Origin: Deltaproteobacteria bacterium
GTDB lineage: Bacteria; Myxococcota_A; Polyangia; Fen-1088
Length of the DNA: 64,000 nucleotides
Reading direction: 5' to 3'
Assembly: GCA_033763315.1 (NCBI GenBank)
Contig: JANRKS010000023.1
Coordinates: 1 to 64,000 of the forward strand
Part shown: positions 17,376 to 26,356 of the stretch, one piece after another
How positions within the stretch are numbered: the first letter of the stretch is position 1
Layout: every line of letters starts with the position of its first letter
Position numbers and translations under genes: made by a program
Notes under the pieces: model-generated
Told to the model about the DNA's origin: nothing
Seen by the model: the letters and a program-made list of their open reading frames with translations, nothing else
Databases searched by the model: none

Positions 17376-17615
17376 TTAGCGGGAGGCGACCTTGACACCC
17401 TCTTTCGCGCGAGCGAGGGCAGCGCGTTCAGAGATAAGACGGTCAAGCACGGGGTAATCGATGCCTTCCCAGTCCGCGCGAACCGCGTTTGTCACAAAGG
17501 TCGGATCGTTTGCGGGGTTCTGTGCCGCCACGTCTCCGTGGGCGAACACCGCCACAACAAAAGCGATTCCCAACCCCGAAATTGCGAACAGGCCATGTCG
17601 TCGTTCAAGCTTCAT
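17376..17615 (-). CDS. Small exported hypothetical protein (79 aa)
   Basis: Signal/TM segment at the N-terminus; TAACGT 6 nt upstream of the ATG; fills the intergenic gap. Confidence 0.6.
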   Translation of the reverse strand: MKLERRHGLFAISGLGIAFVVAVFAHGDVAAQNPANDPTFVTNAVRADWEGIDYPVLDRLISERAALARAKEGVKVASR

Positions 17616-17644
17616 ACAACGACGTTAGCCTACATTTGTTTACG

Positions 17645-18826
17645 TCAAAATTTTTGAACAGGATTTGTCTTTTCGGGCAAGGGCAGCGTCGCCAGCCCCA
17701 AACCATACTTCGTTGGCAGTGCGGCCGGCGTGCCGTGGGCCGGCAGGGCCTTCACTGTTGGAACGCCCTGCACTTGCGTGGATCGTAAGTCGAATTTGCA
17801 AACAGACGTCTCGCGGCGACGAGCAACGTCAGCTGCCCCTGGCGTCAACGTGACCTCTCCAACCGGCGTACGGGGCCATGGCAGTGGCTGCCACGCTTCC
17901 CTGGTGAGCTCGACCGCCGCGTGGCCACCGGCGCCGCCCCAGCCGAACGCGCGGGGGCCCGCCTTCGCGAAGCTCAATGCCACTTTGCTCCAGCGGCTGT
18001 CCGCGGCGCCGAGGCGGCTAGATACCAACCGCATGTCACGCAAGCGCAGCCAGTGGACCGCCACCCCCTCGAAGGCCACCAGACGCCCCTGTTCACGCCT
18101 CACTTTTTCAGCTGTGACGTAAACAAGATCCCCACCGCCTGGCGCCCGCAGAAACCCGATGACCCTGCCCCCTTCTGATGTGACTTGGTGGTAGCGCCCC
18201 GTTAGCGGGTTCCACGACACCACCTCTTGGGCGGGTCGCAGTAGCAAGGGGCCGTCTTCTGGTGCCAGCTGCACGGGCGCCGAAAGGCGAGACAACAGCA
18301 AAACGCCGGGCAAAACTTTGGCGCCCCACGCGGCCGCGGCGGCTGTTGTGTTTGCGCTCAGCACGGTCTGGTCACCGCTGGCCCACAACCGCGCCAAATC
18401 GATGTCAGTGGTGGACTCGCGGTGCCAGGGCACAAATCCCAATCGGAGCAGCTGTGCCATGTGCGACGTGGCTTTTGCCAGGTCATCCTGGCGAACGGCA
18501 ACGCTGACAAGACCGTAAAGCGGCGATAAGAACCCAGGGTTTTCGGCGAAGGAGGCCTCGTAGAGCTTTCGCGCCTGGGCGTAGTCGCGAGCCTTGAAGG
18601 CAGCCTGGGCTGCAAGGTAACCGCGCCACGCCGCCAACGGCACGTCGGGTGCGGCCTGCGGCCAACCTGTGGCTGTAGCCGATGCGGGCGCCGGATCACG
18701 GATGACTGGGCAAGTGGCCCCGCGCGCAAAAGGCGCCCCAATCAACACGGCCACGCCGATCACAGTGGACACAACCAGGCGACTTATGGCGCCTCCTTGG
18801 GTGGCTCGCGTCCCTCGCTCAACCAC
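17645..18826 (-). CDS. Exported protein with a TPR-like helix pair and a beta-rich C-terminus
   Basis: Signal-like segment; AQAAFKARDYAQARKLYEASFAENP. Start uncertain. Confidence 0.7.
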   Translation of the reverse strand: MVERGTRATQGGAISRLVVSTVIGVAVLIGAPFARGATCPVIRDPAPASATATGWPQAAPDVPLAAWRGYLAAQAAFKARDYAQARKLYEASFAENPGFLSPLYGLVSVAVRQDDLAKATSHMAQLLRLGFVPWHRESTTDIDLARLWASGDQTVLSANTTAAAAAWGAKVLPGVLLLSRLSAPVQLAPEDGPLLLRPAQEVVSWNPLTGRYHQVTSEGGRVIGFLRAPGGGDLVYVTAEKVRREQGRLVAFEGVAVHWLRLRDMRLVSSRLGAADSRWSKVALSFAKAGPRAFGWGGAGGHAAVELTREAWQPLPWPRTPVGEVTLTPGAADVARRRETSVCKFDLRSTQVQGVPTVKALPAHGTPAALPTKYGLGLATLPLPEKTNPVQKF

Positions 18827-20514
18827 ACATATCGGAAGTCAAAGCGCTCGCCGACGGCAGCCAACCCTCGCACCCGCTGGTTCACGATCGCCAAGGTGTC
18901 GAATCTATATAGATAAAGAGCGGGGTTTTCAGCGGCGAGCAGATCGCCCAGGCGGGCCAGAAGACTTCGTCGTTCCCCCGCCGTTTTTGCCGCCACCCAC
19001 TCGCCCAAAAGGCCGTCCACCTGCGGAGACTGGTAACCGCCGTAGTTGAAGATCCCGTCCGGGCCAAACAACACGCGCGGATCTTCGTCCGGCGCCCCCT
19101 CCCACACCAGCGGCGCCATATCGAAATTTCCTTCTTTGAGACGAGTCATGAAGCTGTTCGGATCCAGCGCCGTGACATCCAGCAACACACCCGCGCGGCG
19201 CAGCTCCATGGCAAATTGGTGCGCCTCCTTGGCCACCACCTTCGAGCCCGCCACGTGGATGAACGACAGCCGCAACGGCGCATCACCGCGGTCGCGCACG
19301 CCGTCGGCGTTCAAATCGCGGTAGCCCGCAACGTCTAAGGCCGTGGTGGCGGCGTCGCGATCGAACGGCGTGGGCGGGCGGTCCCCAAACGGCGGGCCGC
19401 CGAGGGGGCGCGCCAGCCCCTGGTGCAGGTCCTTGGCAAGACGCTCGCGTTGCCACAGCCGGGACAGGGCCCAGCGGAAACGCGTATCCGACAGGGGGTC
19501 GTGCTTTGTGTTCAAAACCACAAACGCAAACCGCAGCGGCGTCAGGCGGTAGACGGTTAGCTGGGAGCCGAGCGCCACAGGTTCAAGTTGATCCGGGAAA
19601 TGGATTGCAAGTACCTGAGGCAACACATCTATTTGGCCGCGTTTCGTTCTGGTCATCGCCCGCGCGCCGTCGCCATCGACCTCGAACCACAGCTCGTCGA
19701 GCAGCGGCTTCTGATCGCCATAGTAGGCTTCGTTGCGCAGCAGCTTTATGCGGTGGCCGCGTTCCCATGTGCCAAACCGGAAGGGGCCCGTTCCCACCGG
19801 TTGCCGGCCCAGTTGAACCTTCTCGAAGGCCGAACCCGTTTCGGCGAGGGCAGGCAGCACGGGGATCTCACACAAGGCGTGCAGGACTTGAGCGGAGGGC
19901 CGCAGCAGGCGGAAGCGAACCACCCGGTCAGGGGCCAACTCGATGGCTTCCACGTCGGCGAGCCAGCTGCGGAACAAAGCTCGTTTGTTTGATAGACGCA
20001 ACAGCGGCTCGAACGTGGCCTGCACATCCAATACGGAGAAGTGATGACCGTCGTGCCACAAAACATTGGGCCGCAGCTTAAGACTCAGCCGCAAACCATC
20101 GGGGCTGGTCTCCCAGCTGTGCGCCAACCCGGGGCGCACTTCGCCTTCTACACATTCAACCAAGGTTTCATAGATGAGTCCCTCGGTGACCCGAGCGATG
20201 GTGGCGCTGTTGTCTGCCAACGGGTTGAGGTGCGGTGGGTCGGCCTCGATGTGCACGCGCAACACGCCGCCCTTTATCGCCGCGGCATCCGGTGGTTGGC
20301 CGGGAGGCGGAAGTGAAAGCGCCCTTGCCAACACGCCCGCCCCCGGATCCGGCAAAGCGGGTTTGCTCTCGGCCTGAGCCGACGTGGGCAGACGACTGGG
20401 TTTGCCTTTGTGGCGGCGGCAACCGGGCAAAACACCCAGCAACGCCAAGGCGAGCACCGCGATCATTGATTTTCCAACGACCGAAAGCCGAGCTTGTAAG
20501 CGCAAGAACCCCAT
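18784..20514 (-). CDS. ABC transporter substrate-binding lipoprotein, family 5 (OppA/DppA-like)
   Basis: Lipobox LPGC, PGLAHSWE, LRPNVLWHDG and PVGTGPFRF. Start may be 20514 or 20466. Confidence 0.9.
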   Translation of the reverse strand: MGFLRLQARLSVVGKSMIAVLALALLGVLPGCRRHKGKPSRLPTSAQAESKPALPDPGAGVLARALSLPPPGQPPDAAAIKGGVLRVHIEADPPHLNPLADNSATIARVTEGLIYETLVECVEGEVRPGLAHSWETSPDGLRLSLKLRPNVLWHDGHHFSVLDVQATFEPLLRLSNKRALFRSWLADVEAIELAPDRVVRFRLLRPSAQVLHALCEIPVLPALAETGSAFEKVQLGRQPVGTGPFRFGTWERGHRIKLLRNEAYYGDQKPLLDELWFEVDGDGARAMTRTKRGQIDVLPQVLAIHFPDQLEPVALGSQLTVYRLTPLRFAFVVLNTKHDPLSDTRFRWALSRLWQRERLAKDLHQGLARPLGGPPFGDRPPTPFDRDAATTALDVAGYRDLNADGVRDRGDAPLRLSFIHVAGSKVVAKEAHQFAMELRRAGVLLDVTALDPNSFMTRLKEGNFDMAPLVWEGAPDEDPRVLFGPDGIFNYGGYQSPQVDGLLGEWVAAKTAGERRSLLARLGDLLAAENPALYLYRFDTLAIVNQRVRGLAAVGERFDFRYVWLSEGREPPKEAP

Positions 20515-20545
20515 GTTACTGCTGGTTACGGAGGATTGGCCGCCT

Positions 20546-21259
20546 ATGGCGCGAAACGTCTTTAAGCACGCCTCAGTAGTTTCTTTGGGAGTCATATTGG
20601 CGAGCGCCTTGCCGGCTGGTTCGGCGCGGGCTCAAGGTGAAGCAATGCCTGATGTCAAAGTCAACTTGCCGCCTGCACCAAGCTTCGATATCAAGCGAGC
20701 CCCGATTAAGTACGATTCGGGTGAGTTTTCGGTTTATGGACTGCGTAAGTCCATGAGCAAGTACATGGACAAGGACGTCCAGGTCAAGGCTTACCTGTTG
20801 GAAGTTTATGAGTGCCCCGCGGAACTCGTAAAGTGCAACGAGGCCACTTCTAAGAAGAAGAAACCTGCGGCTGCGCCAGGTGCGCTGCCAGCCAAGGGGG
20901 CGGCGCCAGCTGAGCCATCGGCCTGCCGACCCTGCGATCAACCGCACTTCTTCCTATCCGACGAGCCCAACGGGAAAAAGGAACGGGCTCTGCTCGTGGC
21001 AGATTACCCCACCAAGGATTGGAAGACGGATAAGCCTAAGCCGTTGAAGGCTGAAGCCGGCAAGATGTACGTGGTGACGGGCACCTTCGCCATCAACTCC
21101 GTCACTGGCTTCGCCGCTTCAAACGGGCTCATCGTGCATAAGCGCTTCGCGGACGCCGAGGGCAAAGTGCTGACGGAGGGCAACGCCGTGTTGCCGTCTG
21201 ACTCGCAGATGATCGAGCTTGAAGGCAAGCCCGCCGAGAAACTTAACCTCGGCAATTAG
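20546..21259 (+). CDS. Secreted Cys-containing hypothetical protein
   Basis: GGAGG RBS, signal peptide ending SARA, four Cys, downstream terminator. Confidence 0.8.
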   Translation: MARNVFKHASVVSLGVILASALPAGSARAQGEAMPDVKVNLPPAPSFDIKRAPIKYDSGEFSVYGLRKSMSKYMDKDVQVKAYLLEVYECPAELVKCNEATSKKKKPAAAPGALPAKGAAPAEPSACRPCDQPHFFLSDEPNGKKERALLVADYPTKDWKTDKPKPLKAEAGKMYVVTGTFAINSVTGFAASNGLIVHKRFADAEGKVLTEGNAVLPSDSQMIELEGKPAEKLNLGN

Positions 21260-21302
21260 CAGTGAAAGCCTCCGGGGCTAGCGGCTCCGGTGAAGGTCAA
21301 AC

Positions 21303-21342
21303 AACGCCCCCGCCGGTTCTCTGTCGGGGGCGTTTGCTTTTT
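21303..21342 (+). terminator. Intrinsic terminator between convergent genes
   Basis: AACGCCCCCG...CGGGGGCGTT stem followed by TGCTTTTT. Confidence 0.8.
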
Positions 21343-21362
21343 GTTCGCGCGCCGCTTGAGGC

Positions 21363-22025
21363 TTAGGGCAACTCGGTCACGCATTTGGTGGCGTTGCAGT
21401 CGCCACCCGACCGCGACAACGTGACGGCAACGACGGTACCCACAGCTGCCGCCGAGAGCACCAACGCCCAAAACCACGCCTTGCCAAACACACTGCCGTC
21501 CTCGTCCTTTTCGGCGTCAGCCGCCGGACGATCGAGCTCGGCCTCGGCCGCCACCCGGCGGCGAAAGGCCTCGTCAGGGTTGGGGACGGGGCTCTTCTTG
21601 GGCGCAGGCTTCGGAACATTTAGGCCTTCCAAAGCGAGGGCATCATCGATCGAGCGGATGTTGGCTTCAACCTCGGGGCGTTGCGGGGTGTTGGGCTCTA
21701 CCTCAAGAAGCTTTTGATAATATTTCTTCGCTTTTGCCAACTCGCCGGCGCGCCGGTACGAGTGAGCGATGTTGATCAAAAAACCGTTGCGCGGGGCCAC
21801 CGCATAACCGGCCTCAAATTCTTGTGCCGCCTCTAAATAGCGCGCCTGCAGGAACAGCTCTTGGCCGTGCTGAAACCGGCGGCGGCCTTCCGCCTCATCG
21901 TCGGCGGCGCGCGCCTGCGACGACAAGCTGAGCAGGCAGCCAAGCGCAACCGCAATTGTAAGCAGAACATATGACCGCGATGGCGCGCACTTCAACAACC
22001 GAACGGCCGAGGACATAGCCCTCAT
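21363..22025 (-). CDS. Exported TPR protein with a C-terminal hydrophobic segment
   Basis: Signal peptide (QARA), GQELFLQARYLEAAQEF and NIAHSYRRAG TPRs, KAWFWALV segment. Start approximate. Confidence 0.85.
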   Translation of the reverse strand: MRAMSSAVRLLKCAPSRSYVLLTIAVALGCLLSLSSQARAADDEAEGRRRFQHGQELFLQARYLEAAQEFEAGYAVAPRNGFLINIAHSYRRAGELAKAKKYYQKLLEVEPNTPQRPEVEANIRSIDDALALEGLNVPKPAPKKSPVPNPDEAFRRRVAAEAELDRPAADAEKDEDGSVFGKAWFWALVLSAAAVGTVVAVTLSRSGGDCNATKCVTELP

Positions 22026-22032
22026 CATAACC

Positions 22033-23418
22033 TCACTCGAGGCCGCGATCGCGCAAAGATCCGTCGTCTTCACCGAGCAGGTGCCCCGCTTCATGCAGCA
22101 AGGTTCGGACGATGGCGGGTTGCACCTCGGCAACGCCGCGCACGCTGCGAAGCAAATTGCGCCGATAGATCACGATGCCACGCTCGGGGATCGCAAAGCT
22201 GGCGGGCGACGGCGGGACGGACGCGCCCACCACGCCACCACGTCCGGCTGTGGTGCGCACGTTCTTCAAACGCACACCCACGCCGTCATCAACGCGCCCC
22301 AAGGGCAGACCGCGAAACAAGCCTAAGATCGTGGGCGAAAGCGGCGGCGATTCTGCGGTGAGATCTTCGAGCGTAGGCAGCTCCGCCGCTTCCACGGGGA
22401 CGTCTCGAAGGCTTTCCTGCATCGGCCCAGGCAACTGAGACACCGCCTCGCGTACCTGTTCGGCGAAAGCGTCAGCTGCGACTTCAACGCGGGGCGGAAA
22501 GGCCGTGGCGTCTGCCGCCGTGGCTGCGGCGAAGTGCTGTTCTGCCAGCTCCATCTCACCTGCCCGCTCTAACACCAGGCCCATATGAAAGTGAGCTTGC
22601 GCGTGATTCGGCTCCTGTTCGAGCACGGCCGCCAGCCGCGCTTGAGCGTCGGAGAACCGCGCCAGTTCGAACATCGCCACGCCAAGCTCGTAGGTGATGG
22701 CCACCTTCGCTTCGGACGTTTTCGCCTCTTGCAAGGCGCGCGTTAAGGCGCGAAGGGCATCAGCGGCGCGGCCAAGATCGATGAGCGCCTGGCCTTCCAA
22801 CAGACCGCTACGCGCCCTAAAAGCGGCGCTGCTGCGGCCCGCACGGCGCACGTATTCGAGCCCAATGCTCGCGCGCTCCGTGGTCGCGGGAAGGTGGTTG
22901 ATGAACAAGTCGGCTGCGAACAGCAGTGACGAAGGGTCGGTGGGTGCGATGGCCAAAACCAACGTAATCGCTTCACGCGCGGCCTCGATGCGCCCCAGCC
23001 GCAACAACGCCGACGCGCGATCTTGGTGCGCGTCCACCGAACGCGGCGCTTGCCGGCACGCCTCCTCCGCGCAGGCCAACGCCCCCTCGGCGTCGTCCGT
23101 TTGCAAAAGCGCCTCGGCGCGATCCAGAAGATCAGGCACGGGCGCATCAACCCAAACCGGCACGGTGTCGAAGCAGCGGCGCAAAGGGCGAGGCGCCGCA
23201 TCGGCCACCGCGGCTGGAGGGGCCGCGATCATGGGCGGAGGCTCGACGGCCGCTGGCTCTGTGGGCGGGGCGGGCGCAGCCACACTGGGCGTGGGCGCTT
23301 TGGGCGCAGGCGCGCGTGGCGATGGCTGGCACCCAATCAGTGCCGCTCCCATCACCCCTTTTGCCGCCGCCCCCCGGACGGTCGTAAGGCTGGCATTCAG
23401 CCGAGACCGAAAACGCAT
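22033..23418 (-). CDS. TPR-repeat lipoprotein with a C-terminal zincin-like metallopeptidase domain
   Basis: Lipobox LIGC, several TPRs, ILGLFRG, IYRRNL and HEAGH (HExxH). Confidence 0.88.
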   Translation of the reverse strand: MRFRSRLNASLTTVRGAAAKGVMGAALIGCQPSPRAPAPKAPTPSVAAPAPPTEPAAVEPPPMIAAPPAAVADAAPRPLRRCFDTVPVWVDAPVPDLLDRAEALLQTDDAEGALACAEEACRQAPRSVDAHQDRASALLRLGRIEAAREAITLVLAIAPTDPSSLLFAADLFINHLPATTERASIGLEYVRRAGRSSAAFRARSGLLEGQALIDLGRAADALRALTRALQEAKTSEAKVAITYELGVAMFELARFSDAQARLAAVLEQEPNHAQAHFHMGLVLERAGEMELAEQHFAAATAADATAFPPRVEVAADAFAEQVREAVSQLPGPMQESLRDVPVEAAELPTLEDLTAESPPLSPTILGLFRGLPLGRVDDGVGVRLKNVRTTAGRGGVVGASVPPSPASFAIPERGIVIYRRNLLRSVRGVAEVQPAIVRTLLHEAGHLLGEDDGSLRDRGLE

Positions 23419-23484
23419 GCCTCAAAAGGATATCGCCGGTTGGCCATTCCCGCACTTTATCTGTGGCGAAGGGCGCGCGACTTC

Positions 23485-26256
23485 TTAATGGGCGTCGCCC
23501 CAGGTGGGACCGTGGCCTACGTCGACGACCAACGGCACGTCGAGTGTGAAGGCGTTCTCCATCTCATTTTTGGCCCACGCGGCAAACGCACTGACGCCCT
23601 CGGCCGGCACCTCGAAGACGAGTTCGTCGTGGACGGTGAGCAGCAAACGGGCCCCCGGATGCTGCGCAAGCCCGCCGTCCACCCGAATCATCGCGAGCTT
23701 GAGGATGTCGGCGGCCGAACCCTGGATGGGTGTGTTGCGCGCCACGCGTTCGCCGTGGGCACGCTGCTGCGCCTTGCCTGCCGCCAGTTCAGGAATGGGG
23801 CGGCGCCGGCCGAGCAGCGTGGTGGACTCGGCCGTGGCGCGCGCCTCCGCAATGGCGCGGTCCATGTACGTTTTCACGCCGGCGTAACGCGCGAAGTACT
23901 TCTCGATATAGGCCTTCGCTTCGGCGCGGGCGATGCGCAGCACCTGTGAAAGACCGAAGTCGCTTTGGCCGAACACCAAGCCAAAATTGATCGCTTTGGC
24001 GATGCGCCGGTGCTCGGGCGTCACCTGATCCAAATCCACGCCAAACACTTCCGCGGCGGTGCGCGTGTGAATGTCCTGCCCTTTGCGGAAAGCATCGAGG
24101 AACGCCGGATCCTGCGAATAATGCGCCAAAATGCGCAGCTCGATTTGCGAATAATCCGCCGAGACAATCACGTAGCCAGGATCCGCAATAAAGGCGTTGC
24201 GAATCTTACGGCCAAGCTCGGTTCGGATCGGGATGTTCTGCAGATTCGGATCGCTGGATGACAACCGCCCCGTGGCCGCCACCGCTTGATTGAACGTTGT
24301 GTGGAGGCGCCCGGTGCGGGGGTTCACCAGCTGTGGCAGCGCGTCCAGGTACGTGCCCTTGAGCTTGGTGAGCGTGCGGTACTCAAGGATCTTGGCGGGC
24401 ACGGGATGCATGGCCGCCAATTCTTCGAGCACGTCGGCATCGGTTGAAGGTCCCGTCTTGGTTTTGCGCAACACGGGCAGTTGCAGCTTCTCGAACAGGA
24501 TCTTCGCGAGTTGTTTGGGCGAACCAATGTTGAACGGCCCTCCCGCCACTTCGTGGATCTCACGTTCCAGGTCGGCCACCGCCACGGCCGTTTGCTGCGA
24601 AAGCTCGCGCAGAAAACCGGTATCCAGTCGGACGCCTTGCTGCTCGATGCGCGCCAGCACGTGCGACAGCGGCAGCTCGACTTGCTCGTAAAGCGACGAT
24701 AACTTGGCCTCTTGTAGACGCTCTCGCTGCACGCCATCGAGCACCCAAATGGCCGACACTTCCGCGGCCAAGCAGCCCGCCACCACACTCGCCTCCACAT
24801 CGCCCGGCGTTGCAGCGCTGCGGCCGGTGCCCAGCCATTCTTCGCGTGGCTTTGTGTCGGGCGCGCCTTCGGCGTGCGCCACCACGTGAAGATCATAACG
24901 TGGCCTAGATGCATCCAGCAGATACGCGCCCAGCATGCTGTCAGACACCACCCCCACAAAGGGAACGCCATAAACGCCGAACAACACCTCTAGCGTTTTG
25001 CCGTCATGGACCACCTTCGCAACCGCGGGATCGCCGAAAACGGGCCGCAAAACGTCGAATGCGGCCTTCACCGAGAGCCGCGAGCCGGTATCAAGCAAAG
25101 ACGTTTGCTGTGCCACAGGCACATAAGCCCGGTGCAACGTCTGTTCGGACAACCAGCCAAACGCCAGGCCGATGAGCTCGGCGCGCAGCGGTTCGCTTTG
25201 GGTTGTGAAGCCCGTGACGGCGAATTTGAGGGAAGCCTTGAGACGATCCGCGAGCGCCGCCAAGGCGGAGGCAGCTGTGATCACCTCGACGGGCGCCATT
25301 TCGGGCGCGGGCACTTTGGGTGCGGCGGTGGGCGCGGTGTCAGTCACTTGCACGGCGGCAGACTCCGCTTGCGAATCTGAGGCGCCGGGCGAAGGGGCCG
25401 CCGTTTCAGACGGTGCATTCGCGGCCATCAAGCGTACGAACTCGAAATCGCGAAAGAGTTGGTAAAGACGATCTTTGTCGGGTGCCACGCGTGCCAGGGT
25501 CTCCACCGGTCGCGGCAGCTCGACGTCGTCTTTGAGTGTCACCAGCAAGCGCGACAACTTCACAAGCTCGCGGCTTTGCACCAACGCTTGGCCACGCTTG
25601 CCTTTGACCTCATCGGCTCGGGCCATCAACGCATCCAGGTTGCCAAAGGTCTTCAGCAGCTCTGCCGCCGTTTTGGGTCCGATGCCAGGAACACCAGGCA
25701 CGTTATCGACCGAATCGCCCACCAAAGCCAGCAGATCGCCCACCAAAGCGGGCGGCACGCCCCACTTCTCTTCTACGTCGGAGGGGCCCACCATCTTGTT
25801 CTTCATAGTGTCAAGCAGGGAAACGGGCCCGCCTACCAACTGCATGAGATCTTTGTCGGACGAGCAGATCACCACTTGCAAGCCACGCGCGGCCGCCTGT
25901 TTCGTGACCGTAGCGATCACGTCGTCGGCTTCGATGCCGGCCATCGTTAGGCTTTGAATGCCGAACGCATCCAGAACGGTGGGCACCAGGCCAATCTGGG
26001 CGGCGAGCTCGGGCGGCATCGCTGCCCGGTTGGCCTTGTAGGCGGGGTACAAATCATCGCGAAACGTCTTGCCGGGGGCGTCGAACACGGCACAGAGGTG
26101 CGACGGCACGTGTTCGCGTTCGATGCGCAAGAGCATTTGGCACAAGCCATAAATCGCACCGGTTTGTTGGCCGCGGCTGTTCGAAAGCGGCGGCATGGCG
26201 TGAAACGCCCGAAACAAGAAGTTGTAGGCGTCAACGATGTATAAAGTGCCCTGCAT
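23485..26256 (-). CDS. polA: DNA polymerase I
   Basis: 5' nuclease (EADDVI, GDSVDNVPGVPGIGPKT), motif A ADYSQIELR, motif B RRIAKAINFG, motif C VHDEL. Confidence 0.98.
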   Translation of the reverse strand: MQGTLYIVDAYNFLFRAFHAMPPLSNSRGQQTGAIYGLCQMLLRIEREHVPSHLCAVFDAPGKTFRDDLYPAYKANRAAMPPELAAQIGLVPTVLDAFGIQSLTMAGIEADDVIATVTKQAAARGLQVVICSSDKDLMQLVGGPVSLLDTMKNKMVGPSDVEEKWGVPPALVGDLLALVGDSVDNVPGVPGIGPKTAAELLKTFGNLDALMARADEVKGKRGQALVQSRELVKLSRLLVTLKDDVELPRPVETLARVAPDKDRLYQLFRDFEFVRLMAANAPSETAAPSPGASDSQAESAAVQVTDTAPTAAPKVPAPEMAPVEVITAASALAALADRLKASLKFAVTGFTTQSEPLRAELIGLAFGWLSEQTLHRAYVPVAQQTSLLDTGSRLSVKAAFDVLRPVFGDPAVAKVVHDGKTLEVLFGVYGVPFVGVVSDSMLGAYLLDASRPRYDLHVVAHAEGAPDTKPREEWLGTGRSAATPGDVEASVVAGCLAAEVSAIWVLDGVQRERLQEAKLSSLYEQVELPLSHVLARIEQQGVRLDTGFLRELSQQTAVAVADLEREIHEVAGGPFNIGSPKQLAKILFEKLQLPVLRKTKTGPSTDADVLEELAAMHPVPAKILEYRTLTKLKGTYLDALPQLVNPRTGRLHTTFNQAVAATGRLSSSDPNLQNIPIRTELGRKIRNAFIADPGYVIVSADYSQIELRILAHYSQDPAFLDAFRKGQDIHTRTAAEVFGVDLDQVTPEHRRIAKAINFGLVFGQSDFGLSQVLRIARAEAKAYIEKYFARYAGVKTYMDRAIAEARATAESTTLLGRRRPIPELAAGKAQQRAHGERVARNTPIQGSAADILKLAMIRVDGGLAQHPGARLLLTVHDELVFEVPAEGVSAFAAWAKNEMENAFTLDVPLVVDVGHGPTWGDAH

Positions 26257-26356
26257 GACCAAGGGGCCCACTTTACCAGCCGCGCCTCGCCCGGCATGCC
26301 AGAACGGGCGTTAAAACGCCGCGTGCAAAAAGGCATCCACATACAGCGCCTGCGGC

